Assembly (NCBI GenBank): GCA_963675665.1
Contig: OY776510.1
Span: 2,176,001 to 2,240,000, forward strand
Reading direction: 5' to 3'
DNA: 64,000 nucleotides
From: Spirochaetia bacterium
GTDB taxonomy: Bacteria > Spirochaetota > Spirochaetia > UBA9216
Both the position numbers and the translations under genes were made by a program. The notes under the pieces are model-generated. The model was not told the DNA's origin, searched no databases, and saw only the letters and a program-made list of their open reading frames with translations. How positions within the stretch are numbered: position 1 is the stretch's first letter; the number at the start of each line of letters is the position of its first letter. This document shows, one piece after another, positions 28,906 to 38,680 of this stretch.

Positions 28906-29913
28906 ATGGAAAAAATTATTAAAACTACAGGTAATCAGAATCCTTTCGGTTATCGGATAAAAAAATTAAGATCAAGTAATTATTTTGGCCCGGTAACAGC
29001 GCTTGTGTTTGTAGCGCTTTTATTTACAATCGGAACGAAAGGCGCTTTTCTTTCAATTGATAATATTCAGGTTATTTTAAATCTTGCATCTGTGGCAACG
29101 ATAATGGCGATTGGAAGTACAATTGTCATCCTCCTTGGGTGTATCGATCTTTCAGCAGAGGGCGTTCTGGCATTCACTGCAATTCTTTGCGGGTATTTAT
29201 TGAAGAATACGAGGAACGCATATGATTTGGGTATAGCAGCCTTGCCGCTGGTCATGGTTATAGGTGCCGGTCTCGGCCTTATCAATGGAATAATCACTAC
29301 AAAACTCAGGATTCCGTCATTTATTGCAACGTTGGGAATGATGTATACCGCTATGGGAATTTCCATAATAATGAGCGGCGGCGCTACTATTCCGGTACGG
29401 GATTCAGAACTGCAGACTTTTGTTAACGGCAGGATAGCCGGAATTCCGACGTTGTTCCTGATATCGGTAGCAGTGGTTATAGTAATCAATATTGTGCTTA
29501 AATCTACCAGATTTGGAAAGTCGGTATATGCTGTAGGCGGGGATGAAGTTCTTGCCAGGCAGGCCGGCATCAATGTGGACAGGACAAAAATAATTGTACT
29601 GGCAATTTCAGGCGCGCTCTACGGGATGGCTGCATTTTTCATGGTGACACGTTTGCAGGCTGCAAATCCCCAGATATCCAAAGGTATGCTTTTCCCCTCG
29701 ATAACCGCTGTTGTCGTCGGTGGAAGTTCAATGTCCGGCGGAATCGGTAACGCTACGAATGCGATAATAGGAGCGCTGATTGTTACCGGTTTGAATAACG
29801 GGATGGTTTTAATGCAGATAAATCCTTTTATTCAAGGGGCGGTAAACGGTGTTGTTCTTATAGCGGCAGTTGCAGCCACTATGGACAGAAAGAAAATCGG
29901 CAACATTAAATAA
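28906..29913 (+). CDS. Sugar ABC transporter permease (RbsC-like)
   Basis: GCIDLS, IPSFIATLG, AVGGDEVLARQAGIN, AVVVGG. Confidence 0.92.
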   Translation: MEKIIKTTGNQNPFGYRIKKLRSSNYFGPVTALVFVALLFTIGTKGAFLSIDNIQVILNLASVATIMAIGSTIVILLGCIDLSAEGVLAFTAILCGYLLKNTRNAYDLGIAALPLVMVIGAGLGLINGIITTKLRIPSFIATLGMMYTAMGISIIMSGGATIPVRDSELQTFVNGRIAGIPTLFLISVAVVIVINIVLKSTRFGKSVYAVGGDEVLARQAGINVDRTKIIVLAISGALYGMAAFFMVTRLQAANPQISKGMLFPSITAVVVGGSSMSGGIGNATNAIIGALIVTGLNNGMVLMQINPFIQGAVNGVVLIAAVAATMDRKKIGNIK

Positions 29914-29930
29914 CGGGAAAGGAGGACATA

Positions 29931-31454
29931 ATGAGTGAGATAAGCCCTGTATTGGAGATTAAAGGTCTTGTTAAATGTTTCCCGGGTGTAGTAGCGCTGG
30001 ATGATGTTGATTTTCATGTGGATCCGAATGAAATTCTCGGGCTTGTAGGAGAAAACGGCGCCGGAAAATCTACGTTAATGAAAGTACTTATCGGATTGTA
30101 TAAACCTGATTCAGGCAGTTATCTGATAAACGGAAAATCCGTTACAATGGAAGGTCCGCTGCAGGCTGTTGAGAGGGGCATCGGAATGGTCTTCCAGGAA
30201 GGTTGCCTTATACCGAATATGACTGTTGCAGAGAATTTATTTCTGTGCCATGAAGCAAAATTCAAGAGAAACGGTTTTATTAACACCGGGTTGCTGCACA
30301 GCGAAGCGGAGAAGTTGCTTGGGGAACTCAGTGTTGATGTAAATCCGGGAGCATATGTAAGGGATATAAGTCCTGCGTGCAAGCAGATGGTAGAGATCGC
30401 AAGGCTTCTATGGTTATCGCGTGATTCAGGGATAAAGAACCCGGTGCTTATTCTTGACGAACCTACAACAGTACTTCTTGATGATGAGATCCAGGTCCTT
30501 TTTTCCGTGCTGAAAAGTGTCAAGCAAAATGCCTCGATTATTTTTATTTCGCACCGCCTTGAAGAAATTCTGCAGCTTTCCGATCGGATTGTAGTTTTCA
30601 AAGACGGTAAATTTTCGGCGGAATTTACCGGAGATAACGCTACTATTGAAAAGATTGAAGAAAATATGGTCGGACATGAAATGGCTGAAGAGCATTATCG
30701 TGAAAGTGAGCAGAAAGAGCCGGCTGATGATGTAATTCTTGAGGTCAGGGAAATGTCCATGGAAGGATATTTCGATCCCATCAGCTTTTTCCTGCACAGG
30801 GGAGAAATCCTGAGCTTTGTCGGAGCACTCGGATCCGGTAAAGAGGAAGTCTGCCGCTGTATAGCCGGAATCCAAAAACCTGATAAAGGACATATTCTGA
30901 TAAATGGACGTGAGATCCGATTGGGGTCGACGAAGGCTGCCATTAAAGACGGTGTCGGCTACATTCCTATAGACAGAAGGCAGGAAGGTCTGGCCCTTCA
31001 GCTGGATGTAGCATCCAATATTAATTTTCTGATTTTGAAAAAAATGATAAAAGGATTTCTAATCAGCCCGGTAACCGAGAAAGAGTCTGCTGAAAAATGG
31101 ATTTCCAACTGCCAGGTAAAGACCCCGGGTATAAAAACACATTGTTCGAAGCTTTCCGGCGGTAACCAGCAAAAAGTGGTTATTGCAAAATGGCTGGCGG
31201 CAAATGTTAAGGTGCTTATTCTTGACCATCCGACAAGAGGAATAGATGTCGGAACCAAGGACGAGATTTATCACAGAATCAGAGAACTTGCAGAAGAAGG
31301 AATGGCGGTTATCCTGATGTCCGACAGAATTGAAGAAGATATAGGTTTGTGTAACAGGATGATTATGATGAAGGACGGAAAAATAACGAAGGAAATGAAT
31401 TGTCCTCCGGATAATAAACCGACTCCTCTGAACGTAATTGAATACATTGTTTAA
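29931..31454 (+). CDS. Sugar ABC transporter ATP-binding protein (RbsA-like, tandem NBD)
   Basis: GENGAGKST, ILDEPT, ISHRL, LSGGNQQKV, PTRGIDVG. Confidence 0.93.
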   Translation: MSEISPVLEIKGLVKCFPGVVALDDVDFHVDPNEILGLVGENGAGKSTLMKVLIGLYKPDSGSYLINGKSVTMEGPLQAVERGIGMVFQEGCLIPNMTVAENLFLCHEAKFKRNGFINTGLLHSEAEKLLGELSVDVNPGAYVRDISPACKQMVEIARLLWLSRDSGIKNPVLILDEPTTVLLDDEIQVLFSVLKSVKQNASIIFISHRLEEILQLSDRIVVFKDGKFSAEFTGDNATIEKIEENMVGHEMAEEHYRESEQKEPADDVILEVREMSMEGYFDPISFFLHRGEILSFVGALGSGKEEVCRCIAGIQKPDKGHILINGREIRLGSTKAAIKDGVGYIPIDRRQEGLALQLDVASNINFLILKKMIKGFLISPVTEKESAEKWISNCQVKTPGIKTHCSKLSGGNQQKVVIAKWLAANVKVLILDHPTRGIDVGTKDEIYHRIRELAEEGMAVILMSDRIEEDIGLCNRMIMMKDGKITKEMNCPPDNKPTPLNVIEYIV

Positions 31455-31471
31455 ATACAAAGGAGCATGGT

Positions 31472-32458
31472 GTGGCAGACGTTAAAATATCTGATATCAA
31501 AAAAGTTGGAGGGATTCGCAGGCTGGTTTCCGATTTGCCTACGATATATATTTCTCTTTTCATACTGCTGGTTCTGGTTGTAGTGCTTTATATAGGAAAT
31601 CACAGCTTCCTGTCAAAATATAATTTAAAGGTCCTTGCCGACGGAACAACTATTCTTCTGTGCGTAGGGCTGGGGCAGGTGTTTGTTATTCTGACAGGTG
31701 GAATAGATCTTTCTGTAGGCGGAGTGATGTCTCTTGTGGCGGTTGTTTTCCTGTCTACAGTAGAGCATATCGGTTTTGCAGCCTTTCCTCTTGCACTGGC
31801 AGTAGGTGCGGTCGCCGGGCTGATTAATGGAATTGTATATACGAAGCTCAGAATTCCCTCGTTTATATGTACTCTGGGGACAAACGGCATATTTGTAAGC
31901 ATAACATATTTAATAACCGCTGCGCCTATTTCGGCGCCTGGAAAGGTTCATCATTATCTTGATATTGTAAACGGCAAGATAGGAGGGTTTAACAACGGAT
32001 GGCTGCTGGCAGTTGCTCTTTTTGCAATCTTTTTCGTAATTCAGCGTTATACCTACCTTGGGAAAAAGATCGTTGCCATAGGCAGTAACGAACTTATGAC
32101 AAAGCTGTCCGGAATAGATGTAAATTCATCAAAAATGCTGGCTTTTATGTTGTCCGGGATAGGAAGCGCAGTTGCCGCAGTAATTCTGTCAAGTTACCTG
32201 TACAGCGCTTATCCAACTATAGGCGAAGTATATATTCTGGAATCGATAGCTGTTGTTGTTGTCGGAGGCACAGCACTTACAGGGGGTTCCGGAGGTATAG
32301 TGAATACTCTTGTCGGAGCTGTGATTATGAGCATACTAAAGAATGGAATGACTGTTATAGGGATTGATGTTTATGCCCAGCAGACCTTCCTCGGAGTTTT
32401 AATCATTCTTGCTGTAGCAGCTTCTTTTGACAGAAAAAAATTATCGTTTATAAAATAA
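31472..32458 (+). CDS. Sugar ABC transporter permease (second RbsC-like)
   Basis: GGIDLSVG, IPSFICTLG, AIGSN...LSGI, VVVGGT. Confidence 0.92.
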   Translation: MADVKISDIKKVGGIRRLVSDLPTIYISLFILLVLVVVLYIGNHSFLSKYNLKVLADGTTILLCVGLGQVFVILTGGIDLSVGGVMSLVAVVFLSTVEHIGFAAFPLALAVGAVAGLINGIVYTKLRIPSFICTLGTNGIFVSITYLITAAPISAPGKVHHYLDIVNGKIGGFNNGWLLAVALFAIFFVIQRYTYLGKKIVAIGSNELMTKLSGIDVNSSKMLAFMLSGIGSAVAAVILSSYLYSAYPTIGEVYILESIAVVVVGGTALTGGSGGIVNTLVGAVIMSILKNGMTVIGIDVYAQQTFLGVLIILAVAASFDRKKLSFIK

Positions 32459-32508
32459 TATTTCAGTAGTTGCGGTTTTATAGATTGTAAACGGAAAAGA
32501 GCATCATC

Positions 32509-32550
32509 GCCCCGGTACATTGCGGATTTTCAGTGTGCCGGGGTTTTATC
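32509..32550 (+). terminator. Probable terminator after the sugar ABC genes
   Basis: GCCCCGGTACATTG...CAGTGTGCCGGGGT stem (G-U pairs) followed by TTTTATC. Confidence 0.6.
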
Positions 32551-32682
32551 TTCAACAGAAATCCTGTAACTAATATCCAATAAGTCACATAAAACAATTT
32601 TCTTATGCTTTCGGGTCTTGTATTATGAAATGATTGTGCATAGAATATTCTACAAATCGATAAATTGGGAAAAGGGTAAAGT

Positions 32683-33894
32683 ATGTCTCTTAAATCGGAT
32701 AATCGTAAAGCAGTGCTTGATTTTCTTCGGTCAGGCAAAGAAAGCACAATAGCCGATATTGAGGATGAAACAAGAATAAGCAAGACCACATTAAAGAAAA
32801 TTCTTGAATATTTTATAAAAACTGACCTTGTGTCCTACGCTGGTAAAGGGAGTTCTACAGATGAAGGCGGAAAGAAACCGGATCTCTTTGTCCTGAATCG
32901 CAAGTACGGTTATGTTATAAGTATCTGCATTACGATGCATGATATTTTTTCTGCTGTCACAGATATGTCGAATCAAATAGTAAGAACAGACTCTATTCCG
33001 ATAAAAAAGAATGAACCTCTTGATAAAATTATAAATCATATAAGCAGTATTACGGAGCGGTATATACATCTTTCAGAAGACAATGAGAGATTGCTCGGCC
33101 TGGCCATAGGTTTCCCGGGTATCGCCGATGCCGGCCGCGGAATCGGATTGCTTGCTCCGAATTATCCGTCATGGGGAATAAACATTCCCATAAAAGAACG
33201 GCTGCTTGAAATACTTAAAATTGATTGTCCGATTTATCTGGAGAATGTAAATCGTTTTCAGGCAATCGCGGAAAAAGAAATAGGTATAGCGAAAGGTTAT
33301 AGTTCTTTCATGATAATTGAAGGAGGGTACGGCTTCGGTGGGGCAATATTTGATTCCGAAAATACCAGGCGGGGCGGCAACTTTCTGGCCGGAGAAGTGG
33401 GGCATATGGTTGTCGACCCGAAAAGCGAAAAACAGTGTACCTGTGGAGCTATGGGATGTCTGAACGCTCTTGTGAGAGTAGAGGACGTTATTGAAAAAGC
33501 TGTTCAGGGAGCGGGGCTGCGCCCTGAATCTGTTTTGTTTAAGGATCATGCTCCTGAAAATCTTGTTATAGAAGATATTTTTTCCGCTTCAAATGCCGAT
33601 GATCCGTTTGCCATGGAGCTTATGGATGAAGTTATCGACTGGTTTGCAATAGGAATCTCAAACTCTTATGCTGTTTATGATCCTGATTTAATCGTGCTTC
33701 AGGGCGTCTTTACCGGTGCCGGCGACTATTTTTTAAATGAACTGCGGAGAAAAGCTGAGAATATGGTTTTAAAAAGAATGAAAAAAGATTTCAAAATAGA
33801 ATATTCTCCTCTCGGAACTGAACGCGAGGTTGTCGGGGGCGCAACGCTTGTCTTGAGAGATTATTTCGAAAAAGAAAATCTGTACAGCGACTAA
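32683..33894 (+). CDS. ROK-family transcriptional repressor (XylR/NagC-like)
   Basis: N-terminal HTH with STDEGGKKP; GEVGH...CTCGAMGCL zinc motif. Confidence 0.9.
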   Translation: MSLKSDNRKAVLDFLRSGKESTIADIEDETRISKTTLKKILEYFIKTDLVSYAGKGSSTDEGGKKPDLFVLNRKYGYVISICITMHDIFSAVTDMSNQIVRTDSIPIKKNEPLDKIINHISSITERYIHLSEDNERLLGLAIGFPGIADAGRGIGLLAPNYPSWGINIPIKERLLEILKIDCPIYLENVNRFQAIAEKEIGIAKGYSSFMIIEGGYGFGGAIFDSENTRRGGNFLAGEVGHMVVDPKSEKQCTCGAMGCLNALVRVEDVIEKAVQGAGLRPESVLFKDHAPENLVIEDIFSASNADDPFAMELMDEVIDWFAIGISNSYAVYDPDLIVLQGVFTGAGDYFLNELRRKAENMVLKRMKKDFKIEYSPLGTEREVVGGATLVLRDYFEKENLYSD

Positions 33895-33949
33895 ATTTCC
33901 AGTGTATTGAAAGTTTTTTATGTTCTTAAGATATGGTTATGTGAGCAGA

Positions 33950-34000
33950 TTGTCAAACGGTTATAAAAACTGTTGACAAAACAGAAAACCGGTTTATAAT
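33950..34000 (+). promoter_or_regulatory. Sigma70 promoter (TTGACA-16-TATAAT) with inverted repeat overlapping -35; leaderless start
   Basis: TTGTCAA(33950)-N16-TTGACAA(33973); TATAAT 33995-34000; ATG at 34007 with no Shine-Dalgarno. Confidence 0.65.
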
Positions 34001-34006
34001 TTAATT

Positions 34007-34786
34007 ATGGACGTTAAAGAAATTAATAACATAGGTTGTGATATCGACAGGCTGTTGCGTCTGAAAACAAATTGTCTGGGTATAAAGTTTTTCAGAACCG
34101 AAAAGGACATTCCTGAAGATTTTCAGAGGTTGAAAGGCAGGAAGTCAATATGCATGCTAATCGGTTACGCACGGTTTCTGGAGATCCCGGCGGTTATCAC
34201 CAGAGATACCTACGCCAACTGCTGGCCGTCGGACATCTCTCTCGGGTGGGGTGAACTTCCAGCTGATGCCGGAGAACAGGCCAAAGGCTATGTAGCAGCA
34301 ACAGCGGAATCAGTTGAAAAAGCATTTTCCGAATTTCTTTCTCTCGACGGCAAATATGATGCGATAGGGGTTTCACCGCTTTCTATGATCACCGTTGTTC
34401 CCGACATAATTCAAATCTGGGGCAGCCCGCTGCAATTGATGATGATGGAATACGCGAGTACCTGGAACGGCTGGGATAAAATCAAACTTGAGTCCAACGG
34501 GCACGGGGCCAGCTGCTATGAAGTGTTGACGCTTCCTTTTTTGAAGAAAGAGGCCCGTTTCGCCCTGGCGGATAACGGTGATCGAAGACACGGGATGGCC
34601 AGGGATGAAGATATGATTATGGGATTTCCCGTTGAAATGCTTAAAGGTTTTCATGAAGGATTAAAAGCCCAGCAGAATGATATGAACGCTTTGCCAATTA
34701 TGTATGATTTTGACGCTATACCGTTTCCTGTTTCAAAGGAAACTCTGGCAAGGCGTTTTTCAAAATATGGTAATGAAGGGAATTAA
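34007..34786 (+). CDS. DUF169-family protein
   Basis: LRLKTNCLGIKF, SICMLIGYAR, PDIIQIWGSPLQ, ASCYE, DNGDRRHG...EDMIMGFP pattern. Confidence 0.72.
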   Translation: MDVKEINNIGCDIDRLLRLKTNCLGIKFFRTEKDIPEDFQRLKGRKSICMLIGYARFLEIPAVITRDTYANCWPSDISLGWGELPADAGEQAKGYVAATAESVEKAFSEFLSLDGKYDAIGVSPLSMITVVPDIIQIWGSPLQLMMMEYASTWNGWDKIKLESNGHGASCYEVLTLPFLKKEARFALADNGDRRHGMARDEDMIMGFPVEMLKGFHEGLKAQQNDMNALPIMYDFDAIPFPVSKETLARRFSKYGNEGN

Positions 34787-34787
34787 G

Positions 34788-35774
34788 ATGCAAAAACCAA
34801 AATTATTTACAATATTGCCTGATTATGTGGCAACACCGGACGGTATGGCGATAGCTGAAGACGGGGATCTTGTTCTGGCCTGTCCGAATTATGCCGATCA
34901 AAGCCTGCCGGGATGCATAATCCGGTTTGATGAAAATAAAAATATCAGGAAGTGGGTGGATGTCCCCGTACATCCCGAAACAGGATTAGCCTCTCCCATG
35001 GGCATAGCATTCGGTCCGGACCAGGACCTTTATATCTGTGATAATCAGGGATGGCCGGGAAAGTCTGAATTGCTGTTTAAAGGGCGAATACTCAGGCTTC
35101 GAATACGGGATGATAAGGTTGTAAAAACAACCGTAGTGGCGAACGGGATGGAACATCCGAACGGAATGCGTATAAGAGGTAATTATATCTACGTGACCCA
35201 GAGCATGCTGTCCAGGGTACAGGACCCTTCAGGCCTGCTGGTGAGTTGTGTTTACCGGTTCGGTCTGGATGAAGAGGGAATAGAAATTACAAATACGCTG
35301 GAAGACAAACATATACTGACAACAGTGCTTACTCACAATCCCGAATGCCAGTACGGACTCGACGGTATTGAGTTTGACCATAACGGTGATTTGCTTGTAG
35401 GTAATTTTGGCGACGGCGCGGTTCACCGCATCACTTTTAATGCCGACGGATCAGTCAGGGAAAACAAGGTCTGGGCAAAGAACCCGGAAGAGTTGAAATC
35501 TACCGACGGAATGATAATGGATGAGAAAGGGAATCTTTTTATAGCAGACTTTTCGGCCAATGCGGTGGCCAGGGTTACTCCTGACGGTAATGTTACAAGG
35601 ATTGCTGAAAGCCCCGACTGTGACGGCTTTGACGGCGGATTGGACCAGCCGGGAGAGCCAATAATCTGGAAAGACAGGCTGATACTTACCTGCTTTGATC
35701 TGGTTACTGACGACTACAATGTCAATACCCGGCACGAGATGCCGGCTACTATGGCCGAGCTGAAACCTGAATAA
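34788..35774 (+). CDS. SMP-30/gluconolactonase-like beta-propeller (sugar lactonase)
   Basis: Repeated blades TPDGMAI, PMGIAF, PNGMRI, LDGIEF, TDGMIM, DQPGEP. Confidence 0.78.
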   Translation: MQKPKLFTILPDYVATPDGMAIAEDGDLVLACPNYADQSLPGCIIRFDENKNIRKWVDVPVHPETGLASPMGIAFGPDQDLYICDNQGWPGKSELLFKGRILRLRIRDDKVVKTTVVANGMEHPNGMRIRGNYIYVTQSMLSRVQDPSGLLVSCVYRFGLDEEGIEITNTLEDKHILTTVLTHNPECQYGLDGIEFDHNGDLLVGNFGDGAVHRITFNADGSVRENKVWAKNPEELKSTDGMIMDEKGNLFIADFSANAVARVTPDGNVTRIAESPDCDGFDGGLDQPGEPIIWKDRLILTCFDLVTDDYNVNTRHEMPATMAELKPE

Positions 35775-35780
35775 AAAGAG

Positions 35781-35870
35781 GGGTAAGTTCGGAAAGCGAA
35801 AATTGCGTAACAAGAATTGCATAGCAATTAAGCTTTCCAACCTGCCCGCAGTAACCCGCAACCGTGCGGG
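35781..35870 (+). other. Structured intergenic element upstream of the SDR gene
   Basis: GGGTAAGTT-C-GGAAAGC...GCTTTCC-AACCTGCCC outer stem with inner AATTGC-ATA-GCAATT, then CCCGCA-ACCG-TGCGGG. Confidence 0.45.
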
Positions 35871-35891
35871 AATGTTTTACAGGAGATAAAT

Positions 35892-36686
35892 ATGGAATTG
35901 AATCTTAAAGGCAAAATCGCTGTAGTTACAGGGGCCACGAAAGGAATCGGTCTTGCTACTGCAAGAGGGTTTGCTGCAGAAGGGGCCCACGTGGCAATCT
36001 GCTCCCGAACCGGTAAGGAAGCTGAAGCTGCTGCAGAAAAGATTAAGACTGATTATGGAGTAAAGTGCATCGGAGTCCAGGCGGATGTCGTTAACAGTGA
36101 AGACCTGGATAAATTCATAAAAGAAGTTATGGCTTCTCTGGGCGGTATCGATATTCTGATAAATAACGCGGGGCTAGGCAGCGATGAGAAGATAATCTCC
36201 TCGACCGATGAACGATGGCAGTACTGGTGGGACCTTTCTGTTATGGCGGCAATCAGGTTGTCCAGGGCTGTTGTTCCGGTTATGAAAAAGCGCGGCGGGG
36301 GCGTTATAACAAACCTTGCGTCGATCTGCGGCAAACAGCCGATGTTTCACGAACCTATTTACGACACCGTAAAAGCGGCCCTTGTAATGATGTCAAAGTG
36401 TCTGTCCAACGAAATAATGCAGGATAATATCAGAGTGAACGCAGTGAACCCGGGACTTGTTAAAACCCCTGCATGGATGGACCATGTGACTGAAGATGCC
36501 GCCGCCCAGGGATTAAGTGTCGACCAGTTTCTCGAAAACATTGCAAAGGAATGGACTCCTATTGGGCGTTTTGCAGAACCCGAGGAAGTAGCTGATTTTA
36601 TAGTTTTTTTATGTTCGGAAAGGGCCAGTTACAGTGTAGGTTCTTCGTATTACATCGACGGGGGCTGGCTGAAGGTAACAAACTGA
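35892..36686 (+). CDS. SDR oxidoreductase, NADPH-dependent L-sorbose reductase (SboA)-like
   Basis: TGATKGIG, NNAGLGSDE, WQYWWDLSVMAAIRL, ASIC..QP..EPIY...K, FLCSERASYSVGSSYYIDGG resemble Gluconobacter L-sorbose reductase as recalled. Confidence 0.8.
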   Translation: MELNLKGKIAVVTGATKGIGLATARGFAAEGAHVAICSRTGKEAEAAAEKIKTDYGVKCIGVQADVVNSEDLDKFIKEVMASLGGIDILINNAGLGSDEKIISSTDERWQYWWDLSVMAAIRLSRAVVPVMKKRGGGVITNLASICGKQPMFHEPIYDTVKAALVMMSKCLSNEIMQDNIRVNAVNPGLVKTPAWMDHVTEDAAAQGLSVDQFLENIAKEWTPIGRFAEPEEVADFIVFLCSERASYSVGSSYYIDGGWLKVTN

Positions 36687-36751
36687 TTTTGAAATATGGG
36701 AGTTTATTTATTACCGGTTGATAAGTAAACGTCCATGAAGTCTATTAAAGG

Positions 36752-37839
36752 TTTTTAAAACACAAATGGAGGTGTTGAATATGAAAATCAAAATGGCATT
36801 AATTCTGGTTGCAGTATGTTTTCTGGCTGTTTTCACGGTATATGCAGGCGGACAGCAGGAAGCGGAAAAACCCGTTACAATGTGTACGGCCATCAAGTTT
36901 CTTGATAACCCGTATCATATTGACTGGATAGCCGGAGGCGAAGGTTTTGCTGAAAGTATCGGAATGAAAGATATGATAGTAAACCAGGCTTCTCAGGGAA
37001 GCAGTGAAAAGCAGCTGAACGACATAAAGGCCCTGATTGCAAAAACCGGCGGAAACGTTATATGCAATATAGATCCGAATCAGGCCCCTGATGTTGTTCC
37101 CCTGGCAAAGGCTCTTGAGGATGCCGGCGTATATTTTGTAACCTGGTGGAACAAACCCGATGATATCAAGGTATGGGACTATGACCACTGGGTATGCCAT
37201 GTAACCTTTGACGGGGTATCGGCAGGCAAGTTTATAGCGAACAGTCTGTTTGACACCTTTGAGACTCCGGGCAAGGGAAAGATAGTAGCCCTTGAAGGCC
37301 AGCTTGCGAACTCTGCGTTTATTGAAAGATGGGAAGGTCTGCAGCAGGCGTTGGCAGAAAATCCCGGAGTAGAACTGGTAGCGTATGAGCCGGCCGAATG
37401 GGACAGGACGAAAGCCTTCGACAAGCTGTCGAGTATGCTGGTAGCCCATCCTGATATAGACGGGGTATGGGCGGCAAATGACAATATGGCGCTTGGAGCA
37501 ATTGAAGCGCTGAGAGCTGCCGGTCTTGCGGGAAAGGTAAAGGTCTGCGGAGTAGACGGAACAGAAGAAATGATAAGAGCTATAGTTGCCGGAGAGGCAT
37601 GTGCGACAGCAGCCCCTGATGCGAAATGGCAGGGAGGAATAGGTCTTTCCATGGCATATGCGGCAAAGAACGGCGAGCTTGATGTTGCGTCAATACCGAA
37701 AGAGAAAAGACAATGGTATGCTACAATGGTAAATATAGACAGCAGCAATGCCCAGGAATGGGTAGAGACTGTAATCGAAGCGACACCCGAATATGACTGG
37801 AATGATCATTTCGGACGTTTCCTAAAAACAATAAAGTAA
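36752..37839 (+). repeat. Direct repeat copy 2 (SBP gene plus RBS region)
   Basis: Near-identical to 27725-28813; differences are almost all synonymous. Confidence 0.92.
36781..37839 (+). CDS. Sugar ABC transporter substrate-binding protein, copy 2
   Basis: Translation identical to 27755-28813 except S/T in the signal peptide (AVFSVY vs AVFTVY). Confidence 0.92.
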   Translation: MKIKMALILVAVCFLAVFTVYAGGQQEAEKPVTMCTAIKFLDNPYHIDWIAGGEGFAESIGMKDMIVNQASQGSSEKQLNDIKALIAKTGGNVICNIDPNQAPDVVPLAKALEDAGVYFVTWWNKPDDIKVWDYDHWVCHVTFDGVSAGKFIANSLFDTFETPGKGKIVALEGQLANSAFIERWEGLQQALAENPGVELVAYEPAEWDRTKAFDKLSSMLVAHPDIDGVWAANDNMALGAIEALRAAGLAGKVKVCGVDGTEEMIRAIVAGEACATAAPDAKWQGGIGLSMAYAAKNGELDVASIPKEKRQWYATMVNIDSSNAQEWVETVIEATPEYDWNDHFGRFLKTIK

Positions 37840-37841
37840 TT

Positions 37842-38609
37842 CTAAAACGGAACAGCAGTTTCAGTTTTTTGAAGTGTGAATGAAAACGAACATCTGTCGC
37901 CCCGGTACATGGCTGATGCATAATGTATCGGGGTTCCGTCTGTCAGATATGTAATTATCTGCATATGCTGAATGGGAGCTCCCTTTTTTATCTGAAGCAT
38001 CCGGGCTTCATATTCATCAGCGGTTATGGCATCCATAATTCGATCGCTGTGGCCGATTATATTACCGGTTAGACGTTCGATCAAATCGGCAAGTGATTCG
38101 TTCTCCATATCATATTCCAGAATACCGCTCATATTTTCTGCTGGAAGATAGTCTACCAGCAGAATCAGGGGGACATTGTCAACAATGCGGAGTCTTCTCA
38201 GTTTAATAACTTCATCATGTTCGTTGATTTGTAACTGTTTGCTTAAAAAAGTGTCACTGTTTATTTTTGCCGCTTCGAGTATGACGGTCCGGTGAACCAA
38301 CCCCTTTTTTTCCATTTCAGATCGAAAACTCTGGATTGTAAACAGGGAGTTTTGGGTAATTCTTGGGCTTGATACGAACGTTCCTCTTCCCTTTTCCTTG
38401 TATAGGTAACCTTCCGAAACAAGTTCCTGGATAGTCTGCCTTACAGTGGGCCTGGCCACATGGAAATGATTGCATAATTCCGCTTCAGAGGGAATGGAAT
38501 CTCCTAGTTTGAGCGTGGCTATCAATTCCAACAAAACTTCTTTTATCTGATAATAAATCGGAACCGGAGATGATTTATCAATATCAGGAAAATCAAGTTC
38601 TTTTTTCAT
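37842..38609 (-). CDS. GntR-family (HutC/UTRA) transcriptional regulator
   Basis: PIYYQIK, IPSEAELCNHFHVARPTVRQ, KGRGTFV, YRGDR. Confidence 0.92.
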   Translation of the reverse strand: MKKELDFPDIDKSSPVPIYYQIKEVLLELIATLKLGDSIPSEAELCNHFHVARPTVRQTIQELVSEGYLYKEKGRGTFVSSPRITQNSLFTIQSFRSEMEKKGLVHRTVILEAAKINSDTFLSKQLQINEHDEVIKLRRLRIVDNVPLILLVDYLPAENMSGILEYDMENESLADLIERLTGNIIGHSDRIMDAITADEYEARMLQIKKGAPIQHMQIITYLTDGTPIHYASAMYRGDRCSFSFTLQKTETAVPF

Positions 38610-38680
38610 ACTTAATTATATAATAAATTCAGGAATAGTTAAATGATTCATCATAAAAAAGTGAACAGCTTAAAGAGCCG

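Noticed and set aside
27965-37748. Repeated antisense ORFs (MGYQHTRQ..., MLLSIFTI...) occurring twice
   Set aside because: By-products of the duplicated SBP gene, not independent genes
27725-37839. Composite transposon bounded by the direct repeats
   Set aside because: The repeats are SBP genes; no transposase, integrase, terminal inverted repeats or target-site duplication are visible
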